From NCBI GenBank assembly GCA_951406725.2, contig CATOCA020000001.1, positions 7,688,001 to 7,752,000 of the forward strand: DNA of 64,000 bases. Reading direction: 5' to 3'. Under the pieces are notes generated by a model. It made no database searches. It saw only the letters and a list, made by a program, of their open reading frames with translations, and was not told the DNA's origin. Source of the stretch: Octopus vulgaris. Its lineage: Eukaryota. Shown piece by piece: positions 53,865-64,000 of the stretch. Each line of letters begins with the position of its first letter. The first letter of the stretch is position 1. The position numbers were made by a program, and so were the translations under genes.

Positions 53865-54083
53865 CGGCCTGGAACACACAAGTGCAAACAAGGGAGACAG
53901 AGAAAGGCAGAATGCCACTTATATTTGAACTCTATACAAATATTCCTTTAAAAAAACTTTTCTTTTAATGTTTCTTAATTTAATTATTTAATCGTTACAG
54001 TTGTAAAGGTCTCAAAATGACCGAAACCTGTACTGAAATGTCCTTTATAAAATTATTTTAGCATTTTCTATTTTGACTTGTTT

Positions 54084-54152
<69 letters not shown>

Positions 54153-54274
54153 TTGAGGTTATGAGAGGTAATGGTGTCAATAAAACACAAAGGTGTCAGG
54201 TACTAAAGCGGCTTATACACAAGGTACAGGAATCTTTTATGTAAACCATTCTGCCTAAATAATGGAACTACAGA

Positions 54275-54642
54275 TACAATATCCCTGCATATCTCACATC
54301 TATTTTCATTCCTCCACTCCACTTTCTATTTCATATTTTATCTAGAATAATTATTGCTTAACCATCTTCTCACAACGTGTCCGATGAAGGGGTATATAAA
54401 TTATCCCGGAAATAGCTCTAAGACCTTCTCTTTATAAATGTTCTGAGATCTTTCACAGCCTGAGACTTTCATCTCATTCTGTTAATCTTTTTTCATATCT
54501 ACGCATGCTGATATATGAGATACGTTGGACTCCTCATCTCCTTAATCACCGAACATGGAGCTTAACTACAGTCTGTCCATAACACTTACTCAGCATTGCC
54601 TGGCACCTTTGGGATTTATTGACCCCATTACCTCTCATAACC

Positions 54643-54677
<35 letters not shown>

Positions 54678-55851
54678 GGAGAGAGAGTCAATATGAGACA
54701 ATATATTAGACAAAGTTTAATAATGTTCATCAAATAAATAAAATGAAGCAGATTTGATGTTAAAATGGATGATCCTTTTATTTCATAATCCCATCCCAGA
54801 CAATTGTTTCTGTGAGAAAAAAAACAAGATATCCATAAAGAGATTTAAAGGAAAATAAAGAAAAAGATTACGGAGATGTACTTGCATAGCAAGTGATTTG
54901 ATCTGAGATCGTGTGCTGAAACGTAAACAATTGCAGCATGGAAGGTGTTTGTAAGCCATTTAAGAAACACACAAAAGCCGTTCGATTCACTTACTCTCTT
55001 TCTCTTTTACTTGTTTCAGTCATTTGACTGCGGCCATGCTGGAGCACCGCTTTTAGTCGAGCAAATCGACCCCGGGACTTATTCTTTGTAAGCCCAGTAC
55101 TTATTCTATCGCTCTCTTTTGCCGAACTGCTAAGTGACGGGGACGTAAACACACCAGCATCGGTTGTAAAGCAATGCTAGGGGGACAAACACAGACAGAC
55201 AAACATATACACACACACTTATATATATGTACATATATACGACGGGCTTCTTTCAGTTTCCGTCTACCAAATCCACTCACAAGGCATTGGTCGGCCCGGG
55301 GCTATAGCAGAAGACACTTGCCCAAGATGCCACGCAGTGGGACTGAACCCGGAACCATGTGGTTGGTTAGCAAGCTACTTACCACACAGCCACACCTTCA
55401 ACATTTAAGTTTAATTTGTCAAAGTATTTTTGTCGCTACAGGACCACGACCTGCGGTCTTACAGATATATAATATCCCTGCATATATATATATATCTATA
55501 TATTCATTCCTCCACTCCACTTTCTATATTCATATATTATCTAGTATATATATATCTAGTATATTGCTTAACCATCTTCTCACACCGTCTCTGATGAAGG
55601 GGTATATAAATTATCCCGGAAACAGCTCTAAGACCTTCTCTTTATAAATGTTCTGAAATCTTTCACAGCCTGAGACTTTCATCTCATTCTGTTAATCTTT
55701 TTTCATATCTACGCATGCTGATATATGAGATACGTTGGACTCCTCATCTCCTTAATCACCGAACATGGAGCTTAACTACAGTCTGTCCATAACACTTACT
55801 CAGCATTGCCTGGCACCTTTGGGATTTATTGACCCCATTACCTCTCATAAC

Positions 55852-55893
<42 letters not shown>

Positions 55894-56675
55894 AGAGAGA
55901 GTCAATATGAGACAATATATTAGACAAAGTTTAATAATGTTCATCAAATAAATAAAATGAAGCAGATTTGATGTTAAAATGGATGATCCTTTTATTTCAT
56001 AATCCCATCCCAGACAATTGTTTCTGTGAGAAAAAAACAAGATATCCATAAAGAGATTTAAAGGAAAATAAAGAAAAAGATTACGGAGATGTACTTGCAT
56101 AGCAAGTGATTTGATCTGAGATCGTGTGCTGAAACGTAAACAATTGCAGCATGGAAGGTGTTTGTAAGCCATTTAAGAAACACACAAAAGCCGTTCGATT
56201 CACTTACTCTCTTTCTCTTTTACTTGTTTCAGTCATTTGACTGCGGCCATGCTGGAGCACCGCTTTTAGTCGAGCAAATCGACCCCGGGACTTATTCTTT
56301 GTAAGCCCAGTACTTATTCTATCGCTCTCTTTTGCCGAACTGCTAAGTGACGGGGACGTAAACACACCAGCATCGGTTGTAAAGCAATGCTAGGGGGACA
56401 AACACAGACACACAAACATATACACACACACTTATATATATGTACATATATACGACGGGCTTCTTTCAGTTTCCGTCTACCAAATCCACTCACAAGGCAT
56501 TGGTCGGCCCGGGGCTATAGCAGAAGACACTTGCCCAAGATGCCACGCAGTGGGACTGAACCCGGAACCATGTGGTTGGTTAGCAAGCTACTTACCACAC
56601 AGCCACTCCTTCAACATTTAAGTTTAATTTGTCAAAGTATTTTCGTCGCTACAGGACCGCGACCTGCGGTCTTAT
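54275..56675 (+). repeat. Tandem duplication D (~1.21 kb x2), each unit containing a minus-strand SINE-A (54994-55395, 56206-56608)
   Basis: 54275-55460 is nearly identical to 55470-56675. Confidence 0.92.
55587..55634 (+). ncRNA. Near-intact minimal type I hammerhead ribozyme fold
   Basis: GUCU-CUGAUGA-A-GGGGUA-uauaaau-UAUCCC-G-GAAAC-AGCU-CUA-AGAC. Stems I and II pair and both core boxes are intact; GUA rather than CUA would complete a palindromic stem III. Paralogues at 48459-48506 and 54377-54424. Confidence 0.65.
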
Positions 56676-56686
56676 AGAAAAAGAAA

Positions 56687-56840
<154 letters not shown>

Positions 56841-56954
56841 TATAAATACATTGTATTTACATCGTTGCGGCTGATATACCCTCCCCCTTAATCAGGTGTT
56901 TTGGGGAAATTTCAAACCTGGGCTCTCATTCCTCAGGTATTTTACGATGTTGCT

Positions 56955-56956
56955 AA

Positions 56957-57035
<79 letters not shown>
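56955..57035. repeat. (ATT)n microsatellite
   Basis: Direct observation; explains the poly-L and poly-I ORFs. Confidence 0.95.
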
Positions 57036-57037
<2 letters not shown>

Positions 57038-57135
57038 TGTCACTGCCTGGAATCGAAGTCGGAATGTTGGGGTTAGTAGCCCGCGCTCTTAACCACTATG
57101 CCAATATTCCCGTGGACATATGGCATAGTGATTAA

Positions 57136-57181
57136 GACACCTGATGTAGGCTGGAGGGCATATCAGCCGAAACGTTGTGTT
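57136..57181 (+). ncRNA. Near-intact minimal type I hammerhead ribozyme fold
   Basis: GACAC-CUGAUGU-A-GGCUG-gagggcauau-CAGCC-GAAAC-GUU-GUGUU. Perfect stem II, paired stem I, palindromic AACGUU, and a single core change (A9U). A more decayed inverted copy lies at 56859-56901 on the minus strand. Confidence 0.65.
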
Positions 57182-57269
57182 AAGAACAAACAGATGAGGA
57201 CACATATCCTTCAAATATAAATAATGTAAATAATGTACATATTTCCGCATTTCTTAAATATAGAACTCT

Positions 57270-57327
<58 letters not shown>

Positions 57328-57384
57328 TATATATAGCATTATTAAATCTCAGAATGAGATTGAAACAGTAATCGCTCGACAATG

Positions 57385-57615
57385 TAAGCCATCTTAACAT
57401 GGCTAACCACATAGGGGAGGGGGTGTTACTGTAGCTTTATAGCCCCAGGAGATCTCGTCTCCAGCTGGCTTTAGACACCATATCAGTGCCATATCAGTGC
57501 CATATCAAGGGCACTGATATGGTGTCTAAAGCCAGCTGGAGACGACGATCTCCTGGCGCTATAAAGCTACAGTAACACCCCTCCCCTATGTGGTTAGCCA
57601 TGTTAAGATGGTTTA
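57385..57615. repeat. Foldback with ~100-bp near-perfect arms and a 10-bp tandem repeat at the centre
   Basis: ccatcttaacatggctaaccacataggggagggg...ttagacaccatatcagtgcc is mirrored at 57510-57611; catatcagtg(c) is reiterated about 3 times. Confidence 0.85.
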
Positions 57616-57666
<51 letters not shown>

Positions 57667-57859
57667 CAGGCATACATTGCTGAAAGTGTTCAATACTTCA
57701 ATTTAAGTGGTATTTTTTTCATTTATTACGACAGCAGGGACTTCAAGTTTGTCTTGTACCCCATACAACAAATGTTTACAACCCTGGTCGTTTATTGATT
57801 TACAATTATTATCCGTGGGTATATCACGGGTATAGTTCAGGAAAATATCACTTCTATAA

Positions 57860-57976
<117 letters not shown>

Positions 57977-58299
57977 TTGTGTGTGTGTGTGTGTGTGTGT
58001 GGAGGCGCAATGGCTTAGTGGTTAGGGCAGCGGACTCGCGCTCGCAGGATCGCGGTTTCGATTCCCAGACCGGGCGTTGTGTGTGTTTATTGAGCGAAAA
58101 CACCTATAGAAAGCTCCATGAGGCTCCGGCAGGGGGTGGTGATCCCTGCTGTACTCTTTCACATCTTCGCCAGTTCAAACCTTATGAAGCTTAACGATTG
58201 TGTCACAAATTTATTGACTGCTATTTCTAATAAAAATTGGTGGCTTGTTGAACCACAACTTACTCTCTCTCTTTTCTCTCTCCCCCTCCTCTCTCTTTC

Positions 58300-58340
<41 letters not shown>

Positions 58341-58554
58341 GCACACAGAAACATGAATAAATATTTGTAAATATATTCCAAAATTTATGCACACAGACAT
58401 GCATAAATGGATACACAGACAAAATATATATATATATGTATATACGGATAGATAGATATGTATATATATATATATGTAGATATATATATATGTATGTATG
58501 TATATATATATATGCATATATATATATATGTAATGTGTGTCCATACATATATGT

Positions 58555-59762
<1,208 letters not shown>

Positions 59763-59831
59763 GTATATGTATCAGTAATGCAATACAAAGTATTGCCTTC
59801 CAGTAAAAAGTAGCCCGTGAGGGAAAAATAC

Positions 59832-60097
59832 ACAAATTAGTAAATTAATGGCACCACTAAGTACCGATATTTACTGGAAATAGCGAACGTAAAAATACGA
59901 CGCAATATCCTTTTCCGGGTGTTTCATCTTTCAGATGTTCTCCCTGGAGGTAAGACGGTTTTTTTACTCTACTTTGTTGCACACACGCATTTTTGCTAAT
60001 ACAAACGCGGTGAAGCTACACATTAGCGTCGTATTTTTACGTTCGCTATTTCCAGTAAATATCGGTACTTAGTTGTGCCATTTATTTACTAATTTGT
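59832..60097. mobile_element. MITE-like element with ~70-bp terminal inverted repeats
   Basis: acaaattagtaaattaatggcaccactaagtaccgatatttactggaaatagcgaacgtaaaaatacgacgc has a near-exact reverse complement at 60027-60097, around a ~120-bp non-coding interior. Confidence 0.75.
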
Positions 60098-60128
60098 ATA
60101 TGTATATGTATATATATATATGTATATG

Positions 60129-64000
<3,872 letters not shown>

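Overview
Very AT-rich, microsatellite-saturated eukaryotic non-coding DNA. The repeat families suggest an octopus or other coleoid cephalopod (inference, not verified). Almost all listed ORFs are artefacts of (TA)n/(CA)n/(TATG)n runs, and no complete gene is present. There is one fairly convincing spliced exon (1293-1372, minus strand, ankyrin-repeat-like) and two weaker candidate exons. The rest is: fossil transposons (HERO-type, CR1/L2-type, RTE and L1/Tx1-like non-LTR fragments, a DD37D maT/mariner remnant, a Helitron 3' end, MITEs); dozens of tRNA-derived SINE copies from several families; several recent 1-8 kb segmental duplications; and many palindromes and foldbacks. The most notable signal is several distinct short repeat families, mostly flanked by (TA)n, that carry minimal type I hammerhead-ribozyme folds of the Penelope-like-element kind, each copy decayed by one or more substitutions. 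Alongside them is a related set of (TA)n-anchored elements that repeatedly occur as inverted duplications, including a perfect 314-bp palindrome. A CR1/L2-type LINE 3' UTR also shares its tail with the dominant SINE. Coordinates were read by eye; repeat and duplication boundaries are approximate.
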